Shown one piece after another: positions 11,227-22,875 of a stretch of DNA of 64,000 nucleotides (the first letter of the stretch is position 1; each line of letters starts with the position of its first letter). The position numbers and the translations under genes were made by a program. The stretch covers positions 246,760,001 through 246,824,000 of the forward strand of contig NC_067403.1 in the NCBI RefSeq assembly GCF_016432865.1, read 5' to 3'. This DNA comes from Antechinus flavipes (taxonomy: Eukaryota). The notes beneath the pieces are model-generated. The model saw only the letters and a list, made by a program, of their open reading frames with translations, searched no databases and had not been told where the DNA came from.

Positions 11227-14029
11227 GTTGTTCATGAGTCAGGGCTTGCATTCCAGTTCAGAGAATCACCCAAATAAAGATTATTTCATTTCTTTTCTTG
11301 AATAGCTAGGTGCTGGGTCAATTCAGTGAATATCCCATCTCACTGCTTCAATATATAAATAAGAGAACAAATATAGGAGATATGGCAAACTAAGTTTTCC
11401 TTTTAATAGCTTTTAAAAGTTATCAACAAGAACTCAATATCTTTGACATGATTATAACTATATTATGAATGATGGTAGTGATGGCTTACATTTTTTGTTA
11501 AATACTTTCATATAAAAGGTGGAGAAAAGTCTTCAGGAGCTGTCATTTCCTTGACTTAGGGAATATTATACCTAAAAATGCCGCCCTTGATTTTGAATTA
11601 TGCATATTGGCAACCCAAAACTCAATTATGACTTATAACATTAGAAAAGAGCTTGGGAAGGCCTGAGAAGTCAAGAGTCTTACCTATGGTCACACATATA
11701 GCATAAGTGAGATGCATGACTTGAATTTAGGTCTTCTTGCTTTCAAGGCCATATGTCACTTTGGATTTTATTAGATCTTCAGAGTAACCCTGTGAGGTAG
11801 ATAATACAATATTGTTTGCTCTGTTTTATAGGTGAAGAAATTGAGACTGAGAGAGCTAGACTCATATAGAATTGTCTGGCGGTGATTTTAGTGACTTATT
11901 AATCCAGGTCAAATGATTTGATATCACTATTTTAGTCAGTAGCAGTAGAGAGTTTGACACCCTAGATCCAAAGTAAACAAAGAAGCTAAAAAAATTCCCA
12001 TGATGCCAAGCTACTCTCAGAATTTTTGGTTATTCTAAATTGATAGCCCTCCAAATGAACATATATGTGAATGTATATGCACATATTTATGTATATTCAG
12101 TCTCCAAGATAAAATTCTAGAAGCAGCAGCATAGCCAAGACATCCATTTCCTTCATGAACTCCAGGGGCTGTCCTTTCAGTGGGACTTTAAGACCTTTCA
12201 TAAAATGCTCAAACTACATTTCCAGGTTTATAATACATTGTTCCTTCTAAAAATTCTATGATTCAGCCAAATTTTTCTTTTTGCTCTTCTTCACATATGA
12301 TCTTCCATCTCTTCTTGGTTGAATTGGTGTCTTATGTCACTCACAGGAAAGCTCAGTTATTCTTGTATGTATTAGAATGTATACAACTATTTTAAAGTCT
12401 ATTTGCTATATTGTATACAATAAATTGATTTAGTCATTATTAATTATTTGTAATGTTCATACACATATATGACCAACATTGATGTGAAGAGATTAAGCTG
12501 AAAAGTGCAAACTAAGAGCTACTTTCTTCCCTCAAGAATAGTCAAGGAAATATTTTGTTCTCAACCTATACTCTAGAGATTTTCTTAAAGTACAGATCTG
12601 GCCATGTCTACTCACAACCCAAATGAGCAGGGAATTTTTATTACTTTAGCCATCAAACATAAACAATATTTTTGGCATTTAAAGCTCATCACAACCCAGT
12701 CCATCCCTTTCTTTGACATTACTCCTCATCATGCACTATATGTTCCAGTCATACAAGCCTATTTCTTTGGCTTCACATGTGATACTCCATCCCATTTCCA
12801 ATCCTTTCCATTGGCTGCTCCTCTAATCTGAAATGTTCTCTCTCCTCCCTTCTACCTCTTGGTTTCCCCGGCTTTCTTCAGTTCATAGTTCAAGTCGCAT
12901 CTTCTGCAGATGACATCCAGGTTTCCCAAATTCTGACATCTTCTTTTCTAAGGTTACCTTCCATCTACTCTGTATAGATCTTCTATGAATTTATTCATTC
13001 CAGTATCTTGCCCCATTAACCTGAGTTTTTTTTTTCTTTTCCTATATATCTCTTACCAATTACCAAATACAGGGAGTTTACTCAATGATTGCTGAATCAT
13101 CAATTTGAGTTAAATCTCTACTATTCCTCTTAAACTCAACATGTCCAAAATAAAACTCATGTTTCTGCACAAATCCATCCCTCTCCATATTTCCCTCTTT
13201 CTATCAAGGATACCACCTACCTTCCAATCTTTAGATTTCACAACCACATTGTTATGCTTGATTCCTAATTCTCCATTATCTTATATCTTGGACAATGAGG
13301 TATTAAATCTCATACTTCCTACTTCTACTCCATATTTCACATCTCCCACTTCTGCATTATTCACACAAGCAAGAACTTAATTCAATCCTCGATCATCTCT
13401 CACTTGGGATACCATGGCCTTGTATTTGCTCTGCTCATCTCCAGCTTTTCTTGATTCCAATACATCTTATTCATAATGCCAAAAGGATGTCTGACATTAC
13501 TCCTCTACTCAGCTAAAACCATGAGCTTTTTATTGCCTCTATGATAAAATGTGAAGTAGATAATTGGGTCTTAAAAGTTCTGGCTTCTACCTGCTCTTCT
13601 TGATTTATTACTATATTACCCCCCTCACACAATCTGCAATGATTTTTTGGTTGTTCCATATATGACACATAGCATCACCTTTTCCATTTCTGTAAATTCA
13701 CATGGGTCATCTCTCATGCCTCAAATGCTCTCCCTCCCTAATTTCACCTTGAAGAATCTCATACTTCCTTCAAAAGTCTGCTCAACAATGCCTTTCTCCA
13801 AAAAGTCTTTCCTCAGTTATCGATCCACCTCACGCCTCAGATTAGTACTCTGCTAAAGATATCTCATATAAAATGCTAAAATTCTTTGAGGTCAGGGTCT
13901 ATTTTGCTTATATATTTGTATCCCATGTGACTAAAAGAGTGTTTGGTCCATATCAAAAGCTTAATAATTGGAGTTATTCCTTTGGAAATAATTATATCTA
14001 ATACCTATAATGATTACATTAATTAAGTA

Positions 14030-14240
14030 GCACTTCATGATTTGCAAAGCACTTAACTTATTATATCATTTGATAATCATTAAAAAAAATCCATGACATG
14101 GATGCTTTTATTAGCCTCATTTTTCATACAAGGAAACTGAGGCAGAACTTAAGTGACTTGCCCATAGTTAGCAAGAATCTGAAATAATATTCAAACTTGT
14201 CTATTCTAAGTTCAAAGCTATCTCCACTGTGCCTCATTGC
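14030..14240 (-). mobile_element. MIR/CORE-SINE; paralogs at ~24000-24190, 26390-26590, 34910-35110, 36340-36540
   Basis: CCTCATTTTTCATACAAGGAAACTGAGGC...AAGTGACTTGCCCATAG core. Confidence 0.7.
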
Positions 14241-14479
14241 CTTACAGCCAAGTGAATGGTGGAGAAATCTTGACTTTCCTGCACAGTAGTTGGCACAAAG
14301 AAGATGCTTATTAAATTCTAGTTGATGGAGTGATTGTGCACAAGTAATGTGAGCATAGGTAATTCATCTGAGCCCTCTGAACCACAGGTTATCTATGTGT
14401 AAAGTAAAACATTATCTCTCAGAGGTATAAAGTTATAGGCTTTGCAAATTTGGAAGCATTTTAAGAGAAATATAATTCA

Positions 14480-14925
14480 TAAACATTACTGCAAAATTTC
14501 TAAGTAATTGGAAAACAACAGCACTCCTGGGAAGTTAGAGGGAAAGGAGCTACTGATGACTTTTTCTCAAGATATTTTTCCATAATCTAGTCCTCTGGGA
14601 CAAGAAATGCCTGGGGGAGTAGGTCCCCATGCTATGTAACTGTCATATGTGTCCCCACATTGGGAACACTTAAAAAGAAGTTACATTAGGATTCTAGTGA
14701 ACCTAGACCTTGAGAAGAGCAGGAGAACTTAAAGTGAAATTACTTCCCCTGAAGCCAATCTCCCATCATTCCCAATAATCTGTTTGTTTGAGAAAGTGTT
14801 TTAGGGAAGAAACAGAGTTTGGAGGACCAGAAACAGAGAGACAGAAGGGCTAGTTCTGAGGTTGGACTGGAATCTCTCACATTCAGAAAAGTCACAGTGG
14901 AAAAGGACTGAGTGGTGGGGTGAGT
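14480..14925 (+). promoter_or_regulatory. Putative OR promoter, non-coding exon 1 and donor for the 18355 gene
   Basis: TAATTG at 14505, CTCCTGGGAA at 14524, further near-EBF sites, and donor GGG|GTGAGT (GT at 14920). Confidence 0.68.
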
Positions 14926-17288
14926 AGGTAGGACATCTGATATAACAAAGTTACCGCTGACCTTCAGAAAGTAGAGATCATTGTCAGGGATAAGGCCTCT
15001 TAACATTTAGAATCTCAGTGGCCTTAGAGAGCAGCTAGCTCATCCCTTTCATTTCTGGGGAGGAATGATCAAGGACTCCTATTGCACTTTATGGTCAGTA
15101 AATCACGTCACATATATTATCACATTTGATCTACATAACAACCCTGGGAGGTGGAGCCATCATTCTTCCCATTTTACAGGTGAGGAAACTGAGGACAGAC
15201 AGAGGTTAAAGGACTTGTCTAGAATTGCACATGGGTTAATAAGTGCCTGAGATAGAACTTGAACTCAAATCTACCTGACACTAAATCAATATTTGATCCG
15301 CTATACCACCCAGATGCCTACAGGAAAATGAGACATCACAAATTTATTCAACTAGTCCATGTTATTATCCATATATTGAGCCACATGAGAAGGTTATCCT
15401 TGATTATCCCAAAAGTTCCTCCCATCTCTTAATTGAATCTCTTGTGTACTAACTTATGCAAGGCTTGACATTTAGGGCTTCAAATACAAAGACAGAAAGC
15501 ACATTGTCTTGGTGCTCAAGATATTTTGTCTTCTACTCTAAATGGAAGGAGCAGGATATGTCATTGAGAGAGAATGATATGGGGAAGTAGTGAATGATTA
15601 CAAAGCAAAAGAGACTTAGAGAAGGAAATAGGGAAGAAGAGAGAAGGAGAGAGAGTCAGAGAGGCAGAAGAAGACAGAAAAAACCAGTAGTAAATATGAA
15701 GAAAAATGTGTGTGGATTTCTGAATGACTTCCAAGAAGATGCAATTTTCCTTATAGATGCATTGAAGGAACAACGAGGGATCTGAAAGATAAGGTAAGGA
15801 AGTAGGGCATTCAAGAAATGAGAAGCTTATTCATATTCAGAGAAGACAAAGAAAGTCAGACTTACTTTGGAGGAGAGATGGAAGTCTAATTGGGCTGGTA
15901 CAGGAAGTTCATGAAGAAGAATAAAGAGAAATGAGCCTTTGAAGGAAGTTAGAGTCAGTCCCATAAATACCCAGTGAGAGAGTTTCCATATTACAATAGG
16001 GAACTATTTTATATTCTATAGAACAATGACCTTGTGTACCTGAGAAACAGCTTATTGGAAAATTTGTAAATGATGGTTGAAGTGGGAAGAGAATGGAAGT
16101 AGGAGAAGTTATAACTAATCAGACAAGGGTGATGAGGGACTTAATGATCAGAACGGCTATGTGACTCAAAAGGACAGGATGGCCACAAGAGAAGTTTTAT
16201 AGGAAGAACATTGGATGTGACTGATGAGGAAAGGAGAAGAGTGATACATGGCTCAGGTTTCAAGCCTAGGAGATGGAGGACATTGAGATGCCAACAGAAG
16301 AAATAGGTAAATTGAAAGGGGAGATGGATTTGAGAAGAGACAAAACCAAAATGGATTCAAACTTTCCCTTTCACAACTCACTAATGAATCTCGCTGATCT
16401 TTAAGCTGTAGGATAAAAAGAATTATGCTGGGGGACAGCAATAAAGAAAGACTAGCTATAGAAGGAATATATTCTGACCATGGGTATAATGGCGAAGATA
16501 GGGGTGGCCCAATGATCAGACAATAGGAATGAGGTGGTAATGGAGCATCATTTAAAACACAAAGACATAGTGATTTCGATAAGCAAACGTTGTAGAGATG
16601 TGACTTAGGTACAGGTACATATTTGTGATATATGTAGTGGGGGCAGAGAGTGATGTGCAACCACTAGGAAGAAAAGGAACATGGGAAAGTTGAAGCTGAA
16701 TTGGAGCATGGATGTAGGGAGCAAGGAAGGAAATTGTGCCACATATCTATAATCTCTAGGAGAGTTTATTGCAGGTTAGTGGAACTCTGGTACAGGAGTT
16801 CTGAGTCACAGTGGGGCTATAACCAATTGTGTTTGCCCAATAAGGCTAGCACCAAAATAATGATCCATGAAAAGCAAAGGACCACTAGACTACGGGAGGA
16901 GGGGTGGACGAGCCCAAGTCAGAAATTAAATTACCAGTGACATTGGGAGATAAGTGACCACTGTAGCTCCATCCTAGGAAAGAAAAGGATACTCACTCTC
17001 CAAAAGAAAAAAATGGCACTAAACTGGATGTAAGGATCTCTGGCCACTGGTTCTCATCCTGCCAATAATTCAGAATTGGGAGATATTTAAGTGTAACCTT
17101 AGAGAAATCATGGAAGTTCTTTGTGGTCTCTGTTTTCTCATTTGTTAACACAGTGAGACTTGGCTAGGTGATCTCTAATACACCTTTTATTTCTGACATT
17201 CTGAAGTTCCTCACAAGTCTCACACTATTCTAAGTTTATAAGGTTCCAGGATTCCTTCACTCAAAACTAATACTTCCTGTTCTTAGCA

Positions 17289-17410
17289 CTCAGGATGTTT
17301 AATCCAATTATATACTTATGGCACATTTGGTACAATTGAATGTTACCTTCAGGCTGCCATGGCTGTAGATCGTTATGTGGCCATCTGCAACCCACTCCGT
17401 TATTCAGTAG
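17289..17410 (+). pseudogene. 122-bp OR coding fragment (TM3/DRY region) inserted in the intron of the 18355 gene
   Basis: Aligns without gaps to 18645-18766 with 9 mismatches by eye. Translates [40 protein letters not shown]. It is absent at the paralogous positions (~445, ~8047, ~28828, ~39640). Confidence 0.93.
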
Positions 17411-18354
17411 CTCTGATCTTTGAGATCATTTGCCAGCTTTAACAACGAGTGATTCCCTAGATCTAAATATCCCTGAGTACTCATTTTTTCCACTCTAGGA
17501 AAAGAAAAATGTTACCAGGACAACTACCAGGATGATCAGCACCATCAACACTAGTGTTTGTCTTAGAGTTTTTTGAGATTTTTTTAAAATATCAAACAAG
17601 AAGAAAGCATCTAGTGATATAGAGAATTGATGCTTTCCTAGAATCAGGAAGTCTGAGTTCAAATCTTGTCTCAAACATGTGGGCTAAGTCCCTAGGGAAA
17701 ACCTTACCCTCTACTGCCTAATTTCCTTTTCTGTAAAATGGGGGTAATATTAACACCAATGTCTGAGACATTGAATTTAAATTCAATTGAGGATTGAATT
17801 TTAAAATAATAAGTTCTTTCTAAACTTTAGAATGCTAGATAAATGTTATCTATTAATATTATGATTTACACAATTCAGCAAGGGTTTTCTCCTTCAGGGC
17901 AGCACCACAGAATCTAGATACTTATTCCTCCCATACTAATCATTGTTGAGAGCAAATATACCTGCACTCCTTGTGAAACAGCCCTTAAGAGACAGGTTAG
18001 AAGTCACAAGGAAACCCATGACTTTTAAACTGCCCCAGTATGTGATTATATTAGAAAACCAAGCTCAGAAGGTGGAGGAAAATGTCAGAACATCCTCAGA
18101 CATAGTAGCTATGTTACTTGGTTTTGCTGAACACCTTTCTTCTCTTTCTTTCTCAGTGGTGATTATATGAGATGGTTACTTAGATTGGATACTGGGCAAG
18201 GATGAATTCAGATATGAAAGTGTTAGGAAAACAAAAACATTTCAACAAAATATTTTTAAATTCCCTTCTATTAAACTGAATTCTATTTCATTCCTAATTT
18301 TAGATCACTAAAACCTCTTGGTCCTTCACTCTTTATCCTTTATCTACAGATGAT

Positions 18355-19293
18355 ATGAAAGCCATGACCCAAGAAAATGGCACCAGAGTGACCGAGTTCA
18401 TTCTACTGGGATTTGCAGTTCGACAAGAAATTCAGTACATCCTCTTCCTGGTGTTTCTGGTCATCTACATGACATCTCTAGTGGGCAATGTTGGTATGAT
18501 CCTGCTCATCAAGTGTGATGCTCGCCTTCACACTCCCATGTATTTTTTCCTCCAAAACTTGGCTTTTGTTGACCTGTGTTACACATCCGCTATCACTCCC
18601 AAGATGTTGGTCAACTTCCTGGTTTCAGATAAATCTATCTCATTCTCAGGATGTTTGATACAATTATATGCTTATGGTGCATTTGGTACAATTGAATGTT
18701 ACCTTCTGGCTGCCATGGCTGTAGATCGTTATGTGGCCATCTGCAACCCACTTCGTTATTCAGTCATCATGTCCCAGAGAGTCTGCATCCAGTTGGTCAC
18801 TGGATCCTATATTATAGGTTCTCTGAATTCTGCCATACACACAAGCTTTCTTCTTTCACTGTCTTTCTGCAATTCTAACAAAATCAATCACTTCTTTTGT
18901 GATTTGCCCCCAATTCTGAGCCTTTCTTGTTCTAATATTGATGTCAACATTATGTTGATCATTATTTTAGTGGGCTTTCACCTGGTGGGCACATTGCTAG
19001 TTGTGTTCTTCTCCTACATTTACATCCTGGCTGCTATCTTGAGGATTCCTTCTACTGCAGGAAGACACAAAGCCTTCTCAACCTGTGCTTCCCACCTGAC
19101 TGCTGTCACCATTTTCTATGGGACACTCTGTTACATGTACTTACAGCCTTCTTCCAGTGAGTCACAAGAGAATGATAAAGTGGCCTCTGTGTTTTATGGC
19201 ATTGTTATACCCATGCTGAACCCTCTGATCTACAGTTTGAGAAACAAGGAGGTGAAAGAGGCAGTGAAAGTGCTCATGAAAAGTTGTTCATGA
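18355..19293 (+). CDS. OR5AK2: Olfactory receptor OR5AK-like, 312 aa (conserved start may be the second ATG at 18364)
   Basis: Intact ORF with all OR motifs, N-glycosylation sequon NGT, and acceptor TATCTACAG ending at 18349. Confidence 0.96.
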   Translation: MKAMTQENGTRVTEFILLGFAVRQEIQYILFLVFLVIYMTSLVGNVGMILLIKCDARLHTPMYFFLQNLAFVDLCYTSAITPKMLVNFLVSDKSISFSGCLIQLYAYGAFGTIECYLLAAMAVDRYVAICNPLRYSVIMSQRVCIQLVTGSYIIGSLNSAIHTSFLLSLSFCNSNKINHFFCDLPPILSLSCSNIDVNIMLIIILVGFHLVGTLLVVFFSYIYILAAILRIPSTAGRHKAFSTCASHLTAVTIFYGTLCYMYLQPSSSESQENDKVASVFYGIVIPMLNPLIYSLRNKEVKEAVKVLMKSCS

Positions 19294-19868
19294 ATCAGTT
19301 CTTTCATTCCAATTCACAGAAGCATTGAAACAAAGAACATCTCATTTCTTTTCTTTGGTAGCTAGATGTTGGATCAGTTTAGAGAGTATCCCATCTCATT
19401 GCTTCAGTATGTAAATAAGAGAACAAGTATGGGGGATGTGACAAACTAGGGTTAAAATTTAGAAACATACATAGAGTAATGGACATCTTCCTTTAATACC
19501 CTTTAAAAGTTATCAACAATCACTCAACATCTTTAACCAGATTATAATAATATGATGAATGTTGGTAGTGATGGCATTAATGGTGATGGATTACATTTTA
19601 GTTAAATACTTTCATATAGAAAATGGGAAAGAGTATAATTTCCTTGACTTAGGGAATTCTGTGCCAGAAAATGCCTCCATTGATTTCGAATTGTGCATAT
19701 TAGAAACCCAAAACTCACTTGTGATATAGAATTAGAGAATGACTTGGGGGAGAACTTTAAAGCTCTTCACAACCTGCTGCAAACTACAATTTCCAGACTT
19801 ACTATACATTAGTCCTCCTTATCAGCTCTGTGATTTAGACAGATTTTCTGTTTTTCTTCATCACATAT

Positions 19869-20297
19869 TGTAGCAGGCTGGATCTCTGAAAGGGTTATTT
19901 GAATCTAAGACAGCAGGGTACTGTGTAGTTAAGTACTTACTTGTTTGAGATGGTGGTTCTTTAAGCACACACTTGATGTAATGTAATGATGTGGTCAATC
20001 TAGTTGGCGTATACTTAGGGTAATGTGGTGATGTGATGTTCTATAGCTGTGCATGCCCAATGTGGCGTGATGATGTGGTCATACTGGGATATTTAAGGGG
20101 AGTCCCAGAGACAGAGGGCTCTCTTTCAGCCACAGCTCTTAGCAGCAGCTCTCAGCCACAGAAGACTTCAGGTTCCACACTCCAGACTCCATCTTGGACC
20201 AGCATGACGACTCTCCTGTCTCCTTCACTTCTCTACCTTAAGACCAAGGACTTTGCCTGATTCCGAGGTCCTCTAGAGAGCTAACACAGACATTACA
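19869..20297. mobile_element. Solo LTR (429 bp) of an endogenous retrovirus, 6-bp TSD
   Basis: TGTA...TACA termini and TSD ACATAT at 19863-19868 and 20298-20303. The paralogous flank at ~2930 reads uninterrupted TCACATATGATCTT. TATA-like TATTTAAG near 20090. Confidence 0.88.
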
Positions 20298-20543
20298 ACA
20301 TATGATCTTTCATCTTTTCTTAGATGATACTCTTTAGTATCTCACATCATTCAATTGGAAAGTTCATTTATTCTTGTATATTTAGAATGTATATAACTAC
20401 TTTAAATTCTGTTTTCTGTATTACATATGATAAATGGCTTTACTCATGATTAATTATTTGTGATGTTTATATATATGGTCAATTTCAGCTAAGCTAAAAT
20501 GGGTAACTAAGAGCTACTTTCTTTCCTCAAAAGTAGACAAAAA

Positions 20544-22095
20544 GGATCACTAGATGGCAAAGCAGATGGCACAACCTGAAGTCAAACCTAACATCAAATC
20601 TAGCCTCAGACAATTAATAGTTATTAGCCAAAGAAATTAGGCAAGGACCTACACTTAACACCACATACGAAGATAAGATCAAAATGGGTCCATGACCTAG
20701 GCATAAAGAACGAGATTATAAATAAATTAGAGGAACATAGGATAGTTTATCTCTCAGATTTGTGGAGGAGAAAGAAATTTGTGACCAAAGATGAACTAGA
20801 GACCATTACCAATCACAAAATAGAAAATTTTGATTATATCAAATTAAAAAGCCTTTGTACAAACAGAACGAATGCAAACAAGATTAGTAGGGAAGTAACT
20901 AACTGGGAAAACATCTTTACAATTAAAGGTTCTGATAAAGGCCTCATTTCCAAAATATATAGAGAACTGACTCAAATTTATAAAAAATCAAGCCATTCTC
21001 CAATTGATAAATGGTTAAAGGATATGAACAGACAATTTTCAGATGAAGAAATTGAAACTATTACCACTCACATGAAAGAGTGTTCCAAATCACTATTGAT
21101 CAGAGAAATGCAAATTAAGACAACTCTGAGATATCACTACACTCCTGTCAGATTGGCTAAGATGACAGGAAAAAACAATGATGAATGTTGGAGGGGATGC
21201 GGGAAAACGGGGACATTGATGCATTGTTGGTGGAGTTGTGAACGAATCCAGCCATTCTGGAGAGCGATCTGGAATTATGCCCAAAAAGTTATCAAACTGT
21301 GCATACCCTTTGATCCAACAGTGTTTCTATTGGGCTTATACCCCAAAGAGATACTAAAAAAGGGAAGGGGACCTGTATGTGCCAAAATGTTTGTAGCAGC
21401 CCTGTTTGTAGTGGCTAGAAACTGGAAAATGAATGGATGCCCATCAATTGGAGAATGGCTGGGTAAATTGTGGTATATGAATGTTATGGAATATTATTGC
21501 TCTGTAAGGAATGACCAGCAGGATGAATACAGAGAGGCTTGGAGAGACCTACATGGACTGATGCTAAGTGAGATGAGCAGAACCAGGAGATCATTATACA
21601 CTTCGACAACGATATTGTATGAGGATGTATTCTGATGGAAGTGGATTTTTCTGACAAAGAGACTTAACTGAGTTTCATTGGAGAAATGATGGACAGAAAC
21701 AGCTACACCCAAAGAAGGAATACTGGGAAATGAATGTAAACTATTTGCATTTTTGATTTTCTTCCCGAGTTATTTTTACCTTCTGAATCCAATTCTCCCT
21801 GTGCAACAAGAGAACTGTTTGGTTCTGCAAATATGTATTGTATCTAGGATATACTGCAACATGTTTAGCATATATAGGACTGCTTGCCATCCTGGGGGGG
21901 GGGAGGAGGGAGGGAGGGGAAAAACGAAACATAAGTGATTGCAAGGGATAATGTCGTGTAGAAATTATCCTGGCATGGATTCTGTCAATGCGAAGTTATT
22001 ATTAAATAAAATAAAATTTATTATAAAAAAAAAAATAGTTATTAGCCGAGTGATCCTTGGCAGATCACTTGACCCCAAATTGGTTAGGCAAAAAT
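20544..22095 (+). mobile_element. WSINE1/SINE1-like marsupial SINE (20544-20629 plus 22048-~22095) split by an L1 insertion
   Basis: Degenerate tRNA-like head (CTAGATGGC...CCTGAAGTC...CAAATCTAGCCTCAGACA) continues after the L1 as GTGATCCTTGGCAGATCACTTGACCCC. Absent in paralogous units. Confidence 0.6.
20630..22035 (+). mobile_element. Young 5'-truncated LINE-1 (ORF2 C-terminus open, 3' UTR, A-tail)
   Basis: ORF2 frame open from ~20640 to 21635 with the CCHC motif. TSD AATAGTTATTAGCC at 20616-20629 and 22034-22047, at a TT/AATA endonuclease-like site. Confidence 0.95.
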
Positions 22096-22575
22096 AAAAG
22101 TAATCCAGAAAACATAAAACTTCTAACCTAATGATTTTCCTAAAGTACAGAGTTTGCCATTTCTACCTACTACTCAGTAAAGTCCCAAGTATTTTCATTT
22201 CTTGTGATCTAATATAAGCTATATTTTTTTCCATTTAAACCTCAATACAACCTAAACCATTTTAACTTTTCTTTGACATTACTTCTCACCATGCACTATA
22301 TGTTCCAGCCACACAGGCCTATTTCTTTGGCTTCACCCAAGATGCTCCATCCCATTTCCAGTCCTTTCCATTGGCTGCTCCCCAGTCAAGAATGTACTCT
22401 CTCCTCACCCCTACCTCTTGATTTCCCCTGCTTTCTTCAGCTCATAGTTTATCTCATCTTCTGCAGGTAATTTTTCCCAGTCTCCCTCTATGCTGACATT
22501 TTCTCTTCTAAGTTTATTTTCCATATACTCAGTGAACTTATCAATATCAATATCATATCTCATTAACCTTAACTT

Positions 22576-22875
22576 TTTCTTTTTGTATATATCTCTTACT
22601 AATTTGAATATAGTAGAATCTTACTCAGTGATTAAAGAATTATTGATTTATTGATTTTTTTGAACTATTTAATATGCCTCTCAAAGCTGACATGTCCAAA
22701 ATAGAAGTCACATTTCTGCACAAATCCTTTTTCTATGTATATCTTACTAATCAGCACATAGCAGAATCTTACTCAATGATTATTGAATAATGTATTTATT
22801 ATTTGGACATTTTTAATTAAATATCCAATATACCTCTCATGTCAAAAAGAGAACTCATGTTTTTATACAAACCCA
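22576..22875 (+). repeat. Local ~150-bp tandem duplication
   Basis: ATCT(CT)TACTAAT...AGAATCTTACTCA(G/A)TGATT...CATGTC(C)AAAA occurs twice in succession (~22590 and ~22743), but once in other units. Confidence 0.65.
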
